Positions 37,643-47,202 of a DNA stretch of 64,000 nt are shown piece by piece. A program made the translations under genes and the position numbers. The notes below the pieces were generated by a model. That model was given only the letters and a program-made list of their open reading frames with translations, did no database searches and was not told where the DNA came from. The DNA is from an uncultured SAR86 cluster bacterium. GTDB taxonomy: Bacteria; Pseudomonadota; Gammaproteobacteria; Magnimaribacterales; D2472. How positions within the stretch are numbered: position 1 is the first letter of the stretch; each line of letters opens with the position of its first letter. The stretch covers positions 197,229-261,228 of the forward strand of contig CACEDS010000002.1 in the NCBI GenBank assembly GCA_902558395.1, in the 5' to 3' direction.

Positions 37643-38503
37643 TTAAGCAGCACTTACCATTATGGCTTTTAGTTTTTTTAATGCTCCATTTTCAATTTGC
37701 CTAATTCTTTCTGCAGAAACATCATACTCTTCAGCTAACTCATGTAATGTTGCTTTATCGTCTGCTAAGTATCTTCTTTGAAGAATGTCTTTGCTTCTAT
37801 CGTCTAACATCTTAAGGGCTTCAACTAATTCACTTTGATTCATATCATCAGCTTCAGCGTTTGCAACAATAACCTCAGGATCATATGTCTTGTCTTCAAT
37901 ATATTGAGAAGGTGACATCATTTCATCATCATCACCAGAGGAGACTGGAGTATCAAATGAAGCATCATTAGATGAAAGCCTGTTTTCCATATGAAGCACA
38001 TCCTTTACTTCTACATTGAGATCTTTGGCAATATTCTCTGCTTCTTCTTTAGTAAGCCATTCAAGACTCTTTTTCTTGCTTCTGAGGTTGAAAAATAACT
38101 TTCTTTGAGCTTTTGTTGTGGCTATTTTTACAAGCCTCCAGTTTTTCAGTATGTACTCATGAATCTCGGCTTTAATCCAGTGAACTGCAAAAGAAACAAC
38201 TTTCACACCTCTATGAGGATCATATTTATCAACCGCTTTCATTAGTCCAACATTACCTTCTTGAATAATGTCGGCCAAAGGAAGGCCGTAGCCCTGATAT
38301 GATCTTGCAATATGAACAACAAATCTTAGATGGTGAATAACTAACTGTCTTGCAGCATCTAGATCGTCTTCTTCATATAGTTTGAGCGCTAATTCCTGCT
38401 CTTCTTCTTTAGACAATATAGGAATTGAATGCACAGAAGCTAAATAGGACTCAATATCCTTGCCAGGACTATTTAACTGAGATGGTTGTAACTGTGTTCC
38501 CAT
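37643..38503 (-). CDS. rpoH: RNA polymerase sigma-32 factor
   Basis: RpoH box TKAQRKLFFNLR, region 2 (IQEGNVGLMKAVDKYDP) and region 4 (ERIRQIE). Confidence 0.9.
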   Translation of the reverse strand: MGTQLQPSQLNSPGKDIESYLASVHSIPILSKEEEQELALKLYEEDDLDAARQLVIHHLRFVVHIARSYQGYGLPLADIIQEGNVGLMKAVDKYDPHRGVKVVSFAVHWIKAEIHEYILKNWRLVKIATTKAQRKLFFNLRSKKKSLEWLTKEEAENIAKDLNVEVKDVLHMENRLSSNDASFDTPVSSGDDDEMMSPSQYIEDKTYDPEVIVANAEADDMNQSELVEALKMLDDRSKDILQRRYLADDKATLHELAEEYDVSAERIRQIENGALKKLKAIMVSAA

Positions 38504-38561
38504 ACTTAATATAAATTTTGTTTATAATTAATTATATTATTAATTAATGTTTTACACAAAA

Positions 38562-39374
38562 TTATACCAATTTTTTATAAAACTCGCTCAAAATAGGCAA
38601 ATATTGGTCTTTTATGGCTTCATTTCTAAATGCTGCAAAAGCTGGATTTAAGATGCTTTCCTCTTTTGAGTATTTTAGATCTTCAGCATTTGCCATTTGA
38701 GCGATACTTCCGCCATATGCATTTAATATAGCGTGTCCAGCTGCTATATCCCATTCTGAAGTGGGTCCAAATCTTGGATATATATCAGCTTTATTATCTG
38801 CAAGTGCACACAATTTCAATGAGCTACCCTTTTCTATTATTTCATAAGAAACGTTTAAACTATTGAGATAATCAAGAAACATTTTGTCTTTATCTGTTTG
38901 ATGGCTTTTACTCATTACTATTCTTAAACTATCTGGTATCGTTTCTTCATTACTAGAACTATTAAATTTAGATCCAAGCCAAATTTGAGTTGAAATTGGC
39001 GCACATATAATTCCAAAAATGGCTTTCGTGTTTTCTATTAGTGCAATATTTACAGTAAAGTCTTTGGACTTATTTAAGAACTCTCTTGTTCCATCCAAAG
39101 GGTCAACCAACCAATATGGGATATTGGGTACATCTAATTCTTTTTTATAAGTTTCTTCTGAAACTATCGGAACATTTGGGGTAGTTTCTTTGAGAGCCTC
39201 GACAATGATTTTGTTTGCATTGTTGTCAGCTTCTGTGACTGGGGAACCATCGGATTTTATTTCGCTTTCAAAATCATCTTTTCTGTAAACGTCCATAATT
39301 GCATTTGCTGCATCTTGCACGATTCTTTTTAGTGGCTGGTTTAGGCTTTCCAGAAACTCTGCATCAATCAACAT
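38562..39374 (-). CDS. cysQ: 3'(2'),5'-bisphosphate nucleotidase
   Basis: WLVDPLDGTREF and EWDIAAGHAIL. Confidence 0.8.
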   Translation of the reverse strand: MLIDAEFLESLNQPLKRIVQDAANAIMDVYRKDDFESEIKSDGSPVTEADNNANKIIVEALKETTPNVPIVSEETYKKELDVPNIPYWLVDPLDGTREFLNKSKDFTVNIALIENTKAIFGIICAPISTQIWLGSKFNSSSNEETIPDSLRIVMSKSHQTDKDKMFLDYLNSLNVSYEIIEKGSSLKLCALADNKADIYPRFGPTSEWDIAAGHAILNAYGGSIAQMANAEDLKYSKEESILNPAFAAFRNEAIKDQYLPILSEFYKKLV

Positions 39375-39378
39375 AACG

Positions 39379-40236
39379 TTAATTTGTCTTATCTTTTAGC
39401 TTGAGTGCTTCCAGTCTCATTTGCATAAGCTCATCTTCTGTATCTGGATACTCATTGTTATATATTGATGCCTCCCATCTTCCATACATCGGATTAGTAA
39501 TCATAAACCATTTTGAACCCCACATATGCTTGTAGGTGTCAGCTAGATTTTTTCTCAAATCTAGTTCAAGCGCTGTTTCATCTAACGGTAAAAAATCACC
39601 AAGTTGATCACCAATAAGCAATAAAACTCTATAATCTTTTGCAATCAGCTCTCTTCTTGAAACCTTGTCAGAGGTCCAACCATTTTCATCCTTCATCAAT
39701 AAAACATCTCTATCTGCATCAAGGGGTAGCCCAAGCTTTTTTATGTTATTACGTGTTGCATCTTCTGCTACTGCGATTCTATTTGTTACATAAAAGATTT
39801 TTACACCCTTGCTTTGTGCATACTCTAAAAATTCTGATACTCCAGCAACGGCATCAGAAGCTTCTTCAAGCATCCATTCAAGCCATCCTACCGGATAGGA
39901 TTGACCATTAATAATAGATCTGGCTTGAAAAGGAATATTATTTAAAACTGTTTCATCAATATCTAAAATTATTGCAGGCGGTTTATTTTTAAAATTTTTT
40001 TTCTGCTCTATTGCTGCAGTCCAGCTAAGATCATTTAGCGCTCTATCAAGAGCTGACTTTGCATTAACATATGTTTGTATATTGCTTGCCTCATATTCTG
40101 CTGAAGACTGAGCATATAAGACTGAGAGCATTGATTGAGCTTGAAGAGAATTATCTAATTCTTTTCCTTTTGCATGAATATTATCAATAAACGTGCAAAG
40201 GATAAGGCAGAAATATATTAGATTCCGTGATTTCAT
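39379..40236 (-). CDS. class C acid phosphatase / e(P4)-like 5'-nucleotidase (HAD IIIB)
   Basis: Signal peptide, then ILDIDETVLNN, YVTNR and GDQLGDF. Confidence 0.75.
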   Translation of the reverse strand: MKSRNLIYFCLILCTFIDNIHAKGKELDNSLQAQSMLSVLYAQSSAEYEASNIQTYVNAKSALDRALNDLSWTAAIEQKKNFKNKPPAIILDIDETVLNNIPFQARSIINGQSYPVGWLEWMLEEASDAVAGVSEFLEYAQSKGVKIFYVTNRIAVAEDATRNNIKKLGLPLDADRDVLLMKDENGWTSDKVSRRELIAKDYRVLLLIGDQLGDFLPLDETALELDLRKNLADTYKHMWGSKWFMITNPMYGRWEASIYNNEYPDTEDELMQMRLEALKLKDKTN

Positions 40237-40253
40237 AGATTAAGAGCATTATA

Positions 40254-40448
40254 ATGCCAATAATTAAATTTAAGTTACAAAAACCTATGAATAGTGAACT
40301 ATTAGAGAATCTTAATAAACTAAAGAAAATGCTTGTGTTGTTAAGTGAAGAAAGAAAAGTTGTAATGTCTCATCATAAGACATTTGAGCACGTGGAAAAG
40401 ATGCGCAACATTGTTAATGAATCAATAGAAATTGCTGAAAATGAGTAA
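40254..40448 (+). CDS. hypothetical small coiled-coil protein (64 aa)
   Basis: ORF track only. Overlaps the next gene by 17 nt. No motif recognised. Confidence 0.3.
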   Translation: MPIIKFKLQKPMNSELLENLNKLKKMLVLLSEERKVVMSHHKTFEHVEKMRNIVNESIEIAENE

Positions 40449-41298
40449 ATATTCTTGTTTCGAAGTTCAAATTAATGATGGCATTGCTCATCTTATTATG
40501 AACAGACCTGATCAATTAAACTCGATGACAAGAATCTTTTGGAAAGAGCTACCAGAGATAATTAAAGATATTGATAAAAAGTCTGATGCAAGAGTTTTAA
40601 TATTATCTGGTCAAGGGAAACATTTTAGTGCTGGTATGGATTTTGCTAACTTTGCACCTCCAAAAAAATCTGAAAAAGAAATTGATCCAGCAAGGAAAAG
40701 AGAAGCTTTTTATCATGAAGTCCTAGAACTACAGGATACTTTTACAGCTCTTGAAGAATGCAGAATGCCTACCATAGCTGCTATTCAAGGTGGATGCATT
40801 GGCGGAGCCATTGATATGGCAGCAGCATGTGATATGAGATATTGCTCTGAAGATGCTTTCTTTAAAATTGCAGAAGTTGATATAGGTATTGCGGCTGATG
40901 TTGGCACACTTCAAAGACTGCCATCTTTAATTCCTTTGGCTATTTTAAGAGAACTTGCATATACAGGAAGAAAATGTGACTCTGTAGAAGCTAAATCTCT
41001 TGGTCTTGTTAATGAAGTTTACTCATCTGTAAATAATATGATGGAAGAGGTACAGAAAATAGCTCGAACAATTTCGAGCAAATCTCCACTTGTTACCAGA
41101 GTAATTAAAAAACAAATTAACTATTCAAGAGATAATTCAGTAAGAGATTCCTTAGAATATCATGCCATGTGGAATGCCAGCTTAATTAGTCATAAAGATA
41201 CAGAAACTGCACTAACAGCATTTATGAATAAATCTGAAGGTGAGTTTGATGACCTTGAAGAGCTAAAATCTTTTTGGGAAAAAGAAGGGTTAATTTAA
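40432..41298 (+). CDS. enoyl-CoA hydratase/isomerase family protein (dienoyl-CoA isomerase-like)
   Basis: Crotonase fold: HFSAGMDF, AAIQGGCIGGAIDMAAACDMRY. Confidence 0.75.
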   Translation: MLKMSKYSCFEVQINDGIAHLIMNRPDQLNSMTRIFWKELPEIIKDIDKKSDARVLILSGQGKHFSAGMDFANFAPPKKSEKEIDPARKREAFYHEVLELQDTFTALEECRMPTIAAIQGGCIGGAIDMAAACDMRYCSEDAFFKIAEVDIGIAADVGTLQRLPSLIPLAILRELAYTGRKCDSVEAKSLGLVNEVYSSVNNMMEEVQKIARTISSKSPLVTRVIKKQINYSRDNSVRDSLEYHAMWNASLISHKDTETALTAFMNKSEGEFDDLEELKSFWEKEGLI

Positions 41299-42062
41299 TC
41301 TCTTAAAAATACTGGCTCTGTAGCCGTTGATTCAGCTTTAGAGTAATAATAGCCATCTGAGTTGAAACCAGAGAGCTCCTCAAAATCTTTTACGTTGTTT
41401 TCAATAATCCACCTGGCCATGAGGCCTCTGGCTTTTTTCGCATAAAAACTAATAATTTTGTATTTCCCATTTTTACAATCTTTAAATACAGGCGAGACAA
41501 CATTTACATAATCTGGCATTTTGCCCAGAACACTGAAATATTCTTTAGAAGCTAAATTGATTAAAAGATCAGATTTTTGATACTCCAAATCATTCAATAC
41601 ACTTTCTTGAATTGAGTTACCCCAAAATTCATATAAGTTTTTACCTTTGCTCGTTTCAAGCTTTGTCCCCATTTCTAGTCTATAGGGTTTAATAACATCC
41701 ATAGGTCTTAATATTCCATATAATCCTGATAGGATTCTTAAATGTTTTTGAGCAAATTTAATTTGCTTAGCATTAAGAGTTTCAGCATCAAGCCCTTGAT
41801 AAACATCACCTTTAAAAACTAACAATGAGGGCTTGCTATCTTCTGATAAAGTTTTAGATGCCTTCCATGCTTGATATCGATCAAAATTTAAAGCTGCCAA
41901 CTTATCACTTAACCCCATAAGACTGGCAATGTCTTTTGGCTCCTTGTCTTTTAGTGTCTTTATAAGGCTTGAAGATTGGCTTAGAAACTGGGGTGCAGTA
42001 TGATTGCTTTTAGAATCAACTTCATAATCCAAAGTTTTTGCTGGTGAAAGTACAATTAACAT
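41295..42062 (-). CDS. yaaA: peroxide stress protein YaaA (UPF0246)
   Basis: MLIVLSPAKTLD is the family's N-terminus, so the start is set to 42062. RPYRLEMG motif also present. Confidence 0.8.
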   Translation of the reverse strand: MLIVLSPAKTLDYEVDSKSNHTAPQFLSQSSSLIKTLKDKEPKDIASLMGLSDKLAALNFDRYQAWKASKTLSEDSKPSLLVFKGDVYQGLDAETLNAKQIKFAQKHLRILSGLYGILRPMDVIKPYRLEMGTKLETSKGKNLYEFWGNSIQESVLNDLEYQKSDLLINLASKEYFSVLGKMPDYVNVVSPVFKDCKNGKYKIISFYAKKARGLMARWIIENNVKDFEELSGFNSDGYYYSKAESTATEPVFLRD

Positions 42063-42098
42063 GATAAATATTCTAACTAAATCTGAGTCAGACATCTA

Positions 42099-42572
42099 AT
42101 GAAAGTTCTAGAAAAGTATATAAATTTTGTAGGTGAAAAAATATCTTACCTAATACCGGTCATGGTAGCTTTGATGGTTTTTGTAATTATTAGTAGGTAT
42201 TTTTTTGGCATTGGGAGAACTGGCATCCAAGAGCTAGTGATGTACTTTCATGCGTTAGTTTTTCTTGGTTGTGCTGGTTATGTAATGAATCATGATGAAC
42301 ATGTAAGAGTTGATATTTTCTACAGAAATGCATCTGATAGGTATAAAAAAAATATAAATAGTGTATTTGGTTTATTGTTTTTACTACCTCTAATTGCTGT
42401 TACATTTTTTTATTCTATTGAAACAATCGAAGCTTCTTGGAAAATGAGTGAAACATCTACAGAAGCTGGTGGTTTGGCATATGTATACATTCAAAAAACA
42501 TTGATGGTTCTATTACCACTAACACTTTTAACAGCACTAATTAATCAATTTATAAAAACAAAATGGAAATAA
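42099..42572 (+). CDS. dctQ: TRAP transporter small permease subunit
   Basis: 4 TM; HVRVDIF motif; overlaps the dctM start. Confidence 0.75.
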   Translation: MKVLEKYINFVGEKISYLIPVMVALMVFVIISRYFFGIGRTGIQELVMYFHALVFLGCAGYVMNHDEHVRVDIFYRNASDRYKKNINSVFGLLFLLPLIAVTFFYSIETIEASWKMSETSTEAGGLAYVYIQKTLMVLLPLTLLTALINQFIKTKWK

Positions 42573-43900
42573 TTCCTTTATTACTTTTAGTTTTAATATG
42601 TCTAGCTCTTTTATTTGGGTATCCGGTTGCATTTACACTTTCTGGGGTCTCTATTCTATTTGCTCTAATCTGTATACCGTTCGGAATATTTGATGAATCA
42701 ATTTTGAAAAGCATTCCTCTAAGAATATTTGGGATTATGAATAATGTGACTCTTCTCGCAGTTCCCTTATTTATATTTATGGGGACTGTTCTTGAGAGGT
42801 CGGGCATTGCTGCAAAAATGTTAGAAAACATGGCTTTAGCATTTAAGAATATTAGAGGCGGTCTAAGCATTTCTATAATTGCTGTTGGTGCTCTATTAGC
42901 AGCTAGCACAGGTATTGTTGGCGCAACAGTTGTAACAATGGGTCTTATGTCTTTGCCAGTTCTGATTCAACAAGGCTATAAAAAAGATTTCTCATCAGGC
43001 TTGGTTGCATCAACGGGAACCTTAGGACAGATCATTCCTCCTTCAATTGCATTAGTGCTTTTGGGTGATGTTATGTCTAATGCATATCAAAGAGCTCAAA
43101 ACAACATGGGTATTTTTTCTCAACAAACTGTTACTGTTGGAGATTTATTTATTGGCGCCATAGTACCTGGAATTATGATTTGTCTTGGGTATTTGATTTA
43201 TACAATCTATAAAAACTATAAAAATCCAAATATCTTGTTTGAGCCAGAAGCAAAATCAGCATCATTCAAAAATATTCTTAAGACTCTTGCCTTGCCATTA
43301 CTTTTAATTATTTTGGTTTTAGGTTCTATTATCGCTGGAATAGCAACACCAACAGAGGCATCTGCTATTGGAGCTGCTGGTGCACTTTTAATAGTTCTTA
43401 TTAACGGCAAGTTATCTTTAGGCTTTATAAAAGAAACTAGTCAAAAAACTGCAATAGTCTCAACAATGATCTTCACAATATTAATTGGTGCTTCTATTTT
43501 TTCACTAATTTTTAGAGGAGTTGGCGGAGATGATTTAATTGATTTGGTGTTTGGCTCTCTCCCTGGAGGGCCATATACAGCATTAATTTTTGTTTTAATT
43601 TTTGTTTTCTTGCTTGGTTTTATTTTAGATTTTATTGAAATTTGCTACGTAATTGTTCCTTTGGTCGCCCCGCCTCTTTTAATGATGGGTTTTGATCCAG
43701 TCTGGTTAGCAATTCTTATTGCAATTAACCTACAAACTTCTTTCTTAACACCGCCCTTTGGTTTTTCTTTGTTTTACTTGAGAGGGGTTGCAAATGAATC
43801 TATACAGACATCAGAAATTTATAGAGGAGTTATTCCATTTATTTTAATACAGTTGTTAGTATTAATTACTGTCTTATTTTTACCGTTCTTGGTTTTATAA
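42563..43900 (+). CDS. dctM: TRAP transporter large permease subunit
   Basis: 445 aa polytopic protein; IPPSIALVL and TPTEASAIGA motifs. Confidence 0.85.
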   Translation: MEIIPLLLLVLICLALLFGYPVAFTLSGVSILFALICIPFGIFDESILKSIPLRIFGIMNNVTLLAVPLFIFMGTVLERSGIAAKMLENMALAFKNIRGGLSISIIAVGALLAASTGIVGATVVTMGLMSLPVLIQQGYKKDFSSGLVASTGTLGQIIPPSIALVLLGDVMSNAYQRAQNNMGIFSQQTVTVGDLFIGAIVPGIMICLGYLIYTIYKNYKNPNILFEPEAKSASFKNILKTLALPLLLIILVLGSIIAGIATPTEASAIGAAGALLIVLINGKLSLGFIKETSQKTAIVSTMIFTILIGASIFSLIFRGVGGDDLIDLVFGSLPGGPYTALIFVLIFVFLLGFILDFIEICYVIVPLVAPPLLMMGFDPVWLAILIAINLQTSFLTPPFGFSLFYLRGVANESIQTSEIYRGVIPFILIQLLVLITVLFLPFLVL

Positions 43901-43902
43901 GG

Positions 43903-44865
43903 TTATAGGCCAGCGTTATTTTTTTCTAATGCTCTTTCAGCTCTGTAGCTAGACCTAACCATAGGTCCTGAGACAACCTCTAAGAATCCTTTTTTCAATC
44001 CAATCTCTCTATAAGCTTCAAATTCCTCTGGAGTTACCCACCTTTCAATGGGAAGATGATTTAGGGTTGGTCTTAAATATTGTCCAATTGTTAGAATATC
44101 TACTTTACTAGCTATAAGGTCATCCATCGTTTGTTCAATCTCATCATCTGTTTCGCCAAGGCCAAGAATAAGACTGGTTTTAGTTAGAACCTTTGGATTA
44201 ATTTTTTTTGATTCAGCAAGAACATCTAAAGTCTGCTGGTATCCTGCCCTTATATCTCTTACTGGATGTGTTAATCTTTCAACTGTTTCAATATTTTGAG
44301 CAAAGACTTCTAGACCACAATTCACAATGGTATCTATAGAAGATGATAACCCCTTAAAATCAGGTGTTAGTGCTTCAACTGCAGTTTCAGGATTAAGATC
44401 TTTTATAAGTTTTACTGTATCTGCAAAATGCTTTGCTCCACCATCAGGCAAATCATCTCTGTTAACGGATGTTAAAACAACATATTTTAATTTCATTATT
44501 TGGACAGCCTTAGCAGTATTTAATGGCTCATCAACATCTAGCCATCCTTTAGGGTTGCCAGTATCTACTGAGCAAAACTTACAAGCTCTTGTACAAACTG
44601 AACCCATCAACATAAAAGTTGCAGTGCCAGCTGACCAGCATTCGGATATATTTGGACAATGAGCTTCTTCACAAACTGTATTCAATCTCTTTTCATTTAC
44701 CTGATTTTTTATCTTGTGAAAGTTTGGATTAAATTGAGCTTTAACCTTCAGCCACTCAGGTTTTTTTAGATTAGGAATATGGGAATATTGATTACCCTTT
44801 TGGCCATTCTTCACAGCCTTAACACCGTCTCTGTTTACAACTTTTACAGTTGGAATTATTTCCAT
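43903..44865 (-). CDS. lipA: lipoyl synthase
   Basis: [12 protein letters not shown] and [10 protein letters not shown] clusters. Confidence 0.9.
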   Translation of the reverse strand: MEIIPTVKVVNRDGVKAVKNGQKGNQYSHIPNLKKPEWLKVKAQFNPNFHKIKNQVNEKRLNTVCEEAHCPNISECWSAGTATFMLMGSVCTRACKFCSVDTGNPKGWLDVDEPLNTAKAVQIMKLKYVVLTSVNRDDLPDGGAKHFADTVKLIKDLNPETAVEALTPDFKGLSSSIDTIVNCGLEVFAQNIETVERLTHPVRDIRAGYQQTLDVLAESKKINPKVLTKTSLILGLGETDDEIEQTMDDLIASKVDILTIGQYLRPTLNHLPIERWVTPEEFEAYREIGLKKGFLEVVSGPMVRSSYRAERALEKNNAGL

Positions 44866-44890
44866 GGCGGTATTGTATATTATTTTTTTT

Positions 44891-44921
44891 AAAACAAAAA
44901 AAAGCCGCTGAAATAGCGGCT
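44891..44921 (-). terminator. rho-independent terminator after the OMP gene
   Basis: On the minus strand: AGCCGCT-atttc-AGCGGCT hairpin followed by TTTTTTTTGTTTT. It is the only GC-rich stem-loop with a U-tract that I found in the window. Confidence 0.75.
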
Positions 44922-44940
44922 ATTTTGATATTTTTAAAAA

Positions 44941-45450
44941 TTAAAAATAAGCAGAGAAACCAATTGATACTGCTGTATCCACATCAATATCATCGTCTGT
45001 GTATTCTAAAACTCCAAGGCTGATTTTTCTATCCATTCCAATGTCGAAACCTATATCTAGAGATACAACTTGATCATCATCAACAGAAAACCCAAGACTG
45101 GTACCAGTTTTTGCAACTTTCAGCCATCCTATTGACAATCCACCTTCTCCATCAGTTAAATCTGAATCTGCATAGCTTACACTAGTATAAAAAGAGCCAG
45201 CTTCGTGATCTCCAAACACATATCCAGCACTAAGGCCAAACATATTTACATCAAAAGCATCTTCAAGATCTGTAGCATATGAAGCTCCAAACATAATATT
45301 GTTCTTAATCTGTCCATAGCCTACTCCTACGAAAGTAATATCTTCTATACTAAGGGCCTCAAATCCAAATTCAGAAATATCAGATTTTGACGGCATAGCA
45401 ATCAAGAACAAAGCAATAGGCAGTGCTATAAATTTTTTTGTAATGTTCAT
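44941..45450 (-). CDS. small outer-membrane beta-barrel protein
   Basis: Signal peptide, alternating hydrophobic beta-strand pattern, and a C-terminal SIGFSAYF ending in Phe. Confidence 0.65.
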   Translation of the reverse strand: MNITKKFIALPIALFLIAMPSKSDISEFGFEALSIEDITFVGVGYGQIKNNIMFGASYATDLEDAFDVNMFGLSAGYVFGDHEAGSFYTSVSYADSDLTDGEGGLSIGWLKVAKTGTSLGFSVDDDQVVSLDIGFDIGMDRKISLGVLEYTDDDIDVDTAVSIGFSAYF

Positions 45451-45502
45451 AATTTTTCCCTTTAATTAAATAAATAATAACTATAAATAATTATTACACA
45501 TA

Positions 45503-46114
45503 TTATTTAGATATGTATAAGTCTTTTATTATACTAGTGGCGTCTTGCATTAATTGCTTAATTGTAATGTCTTTATAAAATTCAGTTACTTGAGTCATAG
45601 ACAGATTTTCATATCCGCATGGATTAATTTTAAGGAATGGGCTTAGGTCCATGTCAACATTTATGCTAACACCATGATAAGACTTTCCTTTTGAAAACCT
45701 TAGACCAATAGACGCAATCTTTTTTTCTGCTACATAAACTCCAGGAGCGCCATCAACAAAATTAGAATCTATTGAATATTGTTCTAAGAGTAATTGTATA
45801 AACTTTTGAAGAGTTTTTACTAAGCTCTTAGGTCCTAGATTGAGCTGCTTTATATCCAGTAAAAAATATATTATTAGTTGGCCTGGGCCATGATAGGTTA
45901 CCTCTCCACCTCTATCTGATTGAAAAATTGGGATGCTGCCTGCATCTAAAATATGAGATTTATCAGCTGCAGTTCCAAGAGTAAATACAGGATTATGTTC
46001 TAGAAACCATATTTCATTCTTAAATTCTTTTTCTTGAATATGCTTCTTCATCAAATCAAGCGCATTATCATAATCAATTAAGCCAAAATTTCTAAAATTT
46101 AGATCTTTAATCAC
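45503..46114 (-). CDS. lipB: lipoyl(octanoyl) transferase
   Basis: RGGEVTYHGPGQL and KIASIGLR. Confidence 0.85.
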   Translation of the reverse strand: MIKDLNFRNFGLIDYDNALDLMKKHIQEKEFKNEIWFLEHNPVFTLGTAADKSHILDAGSIPIFQSDRGGEVTYHGPGQLIIYFLLDIKQLNLGPKSLVKTLQKFIQLLLEQYSIDSNFVDGAPGVYVAEKKIASIGLRFSKGKSYHGVSINVDMDLSPFLKINPCGYENLSMTQVTEFYKDITIKQLMQDATSIIKDLYISK

Positions 46115-47202
46115 TTATTTCTAGCTTCAATAAAAGAGTCCTCTGAAATTTTATGGTACTCAGCAACATTATTTTTAAATTCAATATATGAATCATAAAC
46201 CTTACCAATTACCTCATCTTCTTTAGCTAGATCGCTAAGTATTTCATTGGAAATAACTCTAAATTCCTCGATAACATCATCTGGCAATTTTCTTAGCTCA
46301 ACGCCATGAACCTCAATCAGCTCAGTTAGAGCTTGATTGTTTCTTGCTAAATACTCATCTAGAGTATCTTGATTTACTGCTTTGGTTGCTGTCTCGATTA
46401 TTACTTGAAGGTGTTTTGGCAGACTGTTCCAAGCATCCATATTAATTAATAGCTCTAGCATTGGTCCTGGCTCATGCCAGCCAGGATAATAGTAATATTT
46501 TGCAGCTTGATGAAAACCAAAGGTAAGATCATTGTATGGTCCAACCCACTCAGTAGCATCAATTACACCTGTTTGAAGTGCTGTGAACAATTCACCTCCA
46601 GGAAGAGTGACTGGAATTCCACCTGCTTCTTTCAAAACTTCTCCTCCGATTCCTGGAATACGCATTTTTAGGCCTTTGACATCCTCTAATGAGTTGATTT
46701 CTTTGTTAAACCAACCAAACATTTGGGTTCCTGTATTTCCAGCAGGAATAGGATAAATGTTAAAAGGCTCGTATATTTCTCTCCATAATTCTAAGCCGCC
46801 GCCTCTGTTTACCCATGCATTAATTTCATCTGCCGTTAATCCAAAAGGAACGCTAGTAAAAAACTGTGCAGCAGGAACTTTTCCCTTCCAAAAATATCCT
46901 CCGCTATGACCCATTTGATGTGATCCGCTCGAAACAGCATCAAAGACTCCAAAAGCAGGAACCTGTTCGCCTGCACCATATACAGTTATCTGCATTTGGC
47001 CATCACTCATCTCTTCAACCAAATCAGCTATTCTCTCAGGCGCCATGCCAAGACCTGGATAATTTTTTGGCCAAGATGTAACAAGCCTCCACTTGTAAGT
47101 TTTATACTCCTCAGTATATGCAGAGTTGGATGATTCTTGTCCACTAGAACAACCAGAAATTATTCCAATCAAAAAAATAAACGTTAAAATTTTTTTCATC
47201 AT
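46111..47202 (-). CDS. TRAP transporter solute-binding subunit (DctP type)
   Basis: Signal and lipobox MMKKILTFIFLIGIISGC, with DctP-type family 7 SBP features. The ATG at 47202 overlaps the uvrD TGA (ATGA). Confidence 0.75.
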   Translation of the reverse strand: MMKKILTFIFLIGIISGCSSGQESSNSAYTEEYKTYKWRLVTSWPKNYPGLGMAPERIADLVEEMSDGQMQITVYGAGEQVPAFGVFDAVSSGSHQMGHSGGYFWKGKVPAAQFFTSVPFGLTADEINAWVNRGGGLELWREIYEPFNIYPIPAGNTGTQMFGWFNKEINSLEDVKGLKMRIPGIGGEVLKEAGGIPVTLPGGELFTALQTGVIDATEWVGPYNDLTFGFHQAAKYYYYPGWHEPGPMLELLINMDAWNSLPKHLQVIIETATKAVNQDTLDEYLARNNQALTELIEVHGVELRKLPDDVIEEFRVISNEILSDLAKEDEVIGKVYDSYIEFKNNVAEYHKISEDSFIEARNK

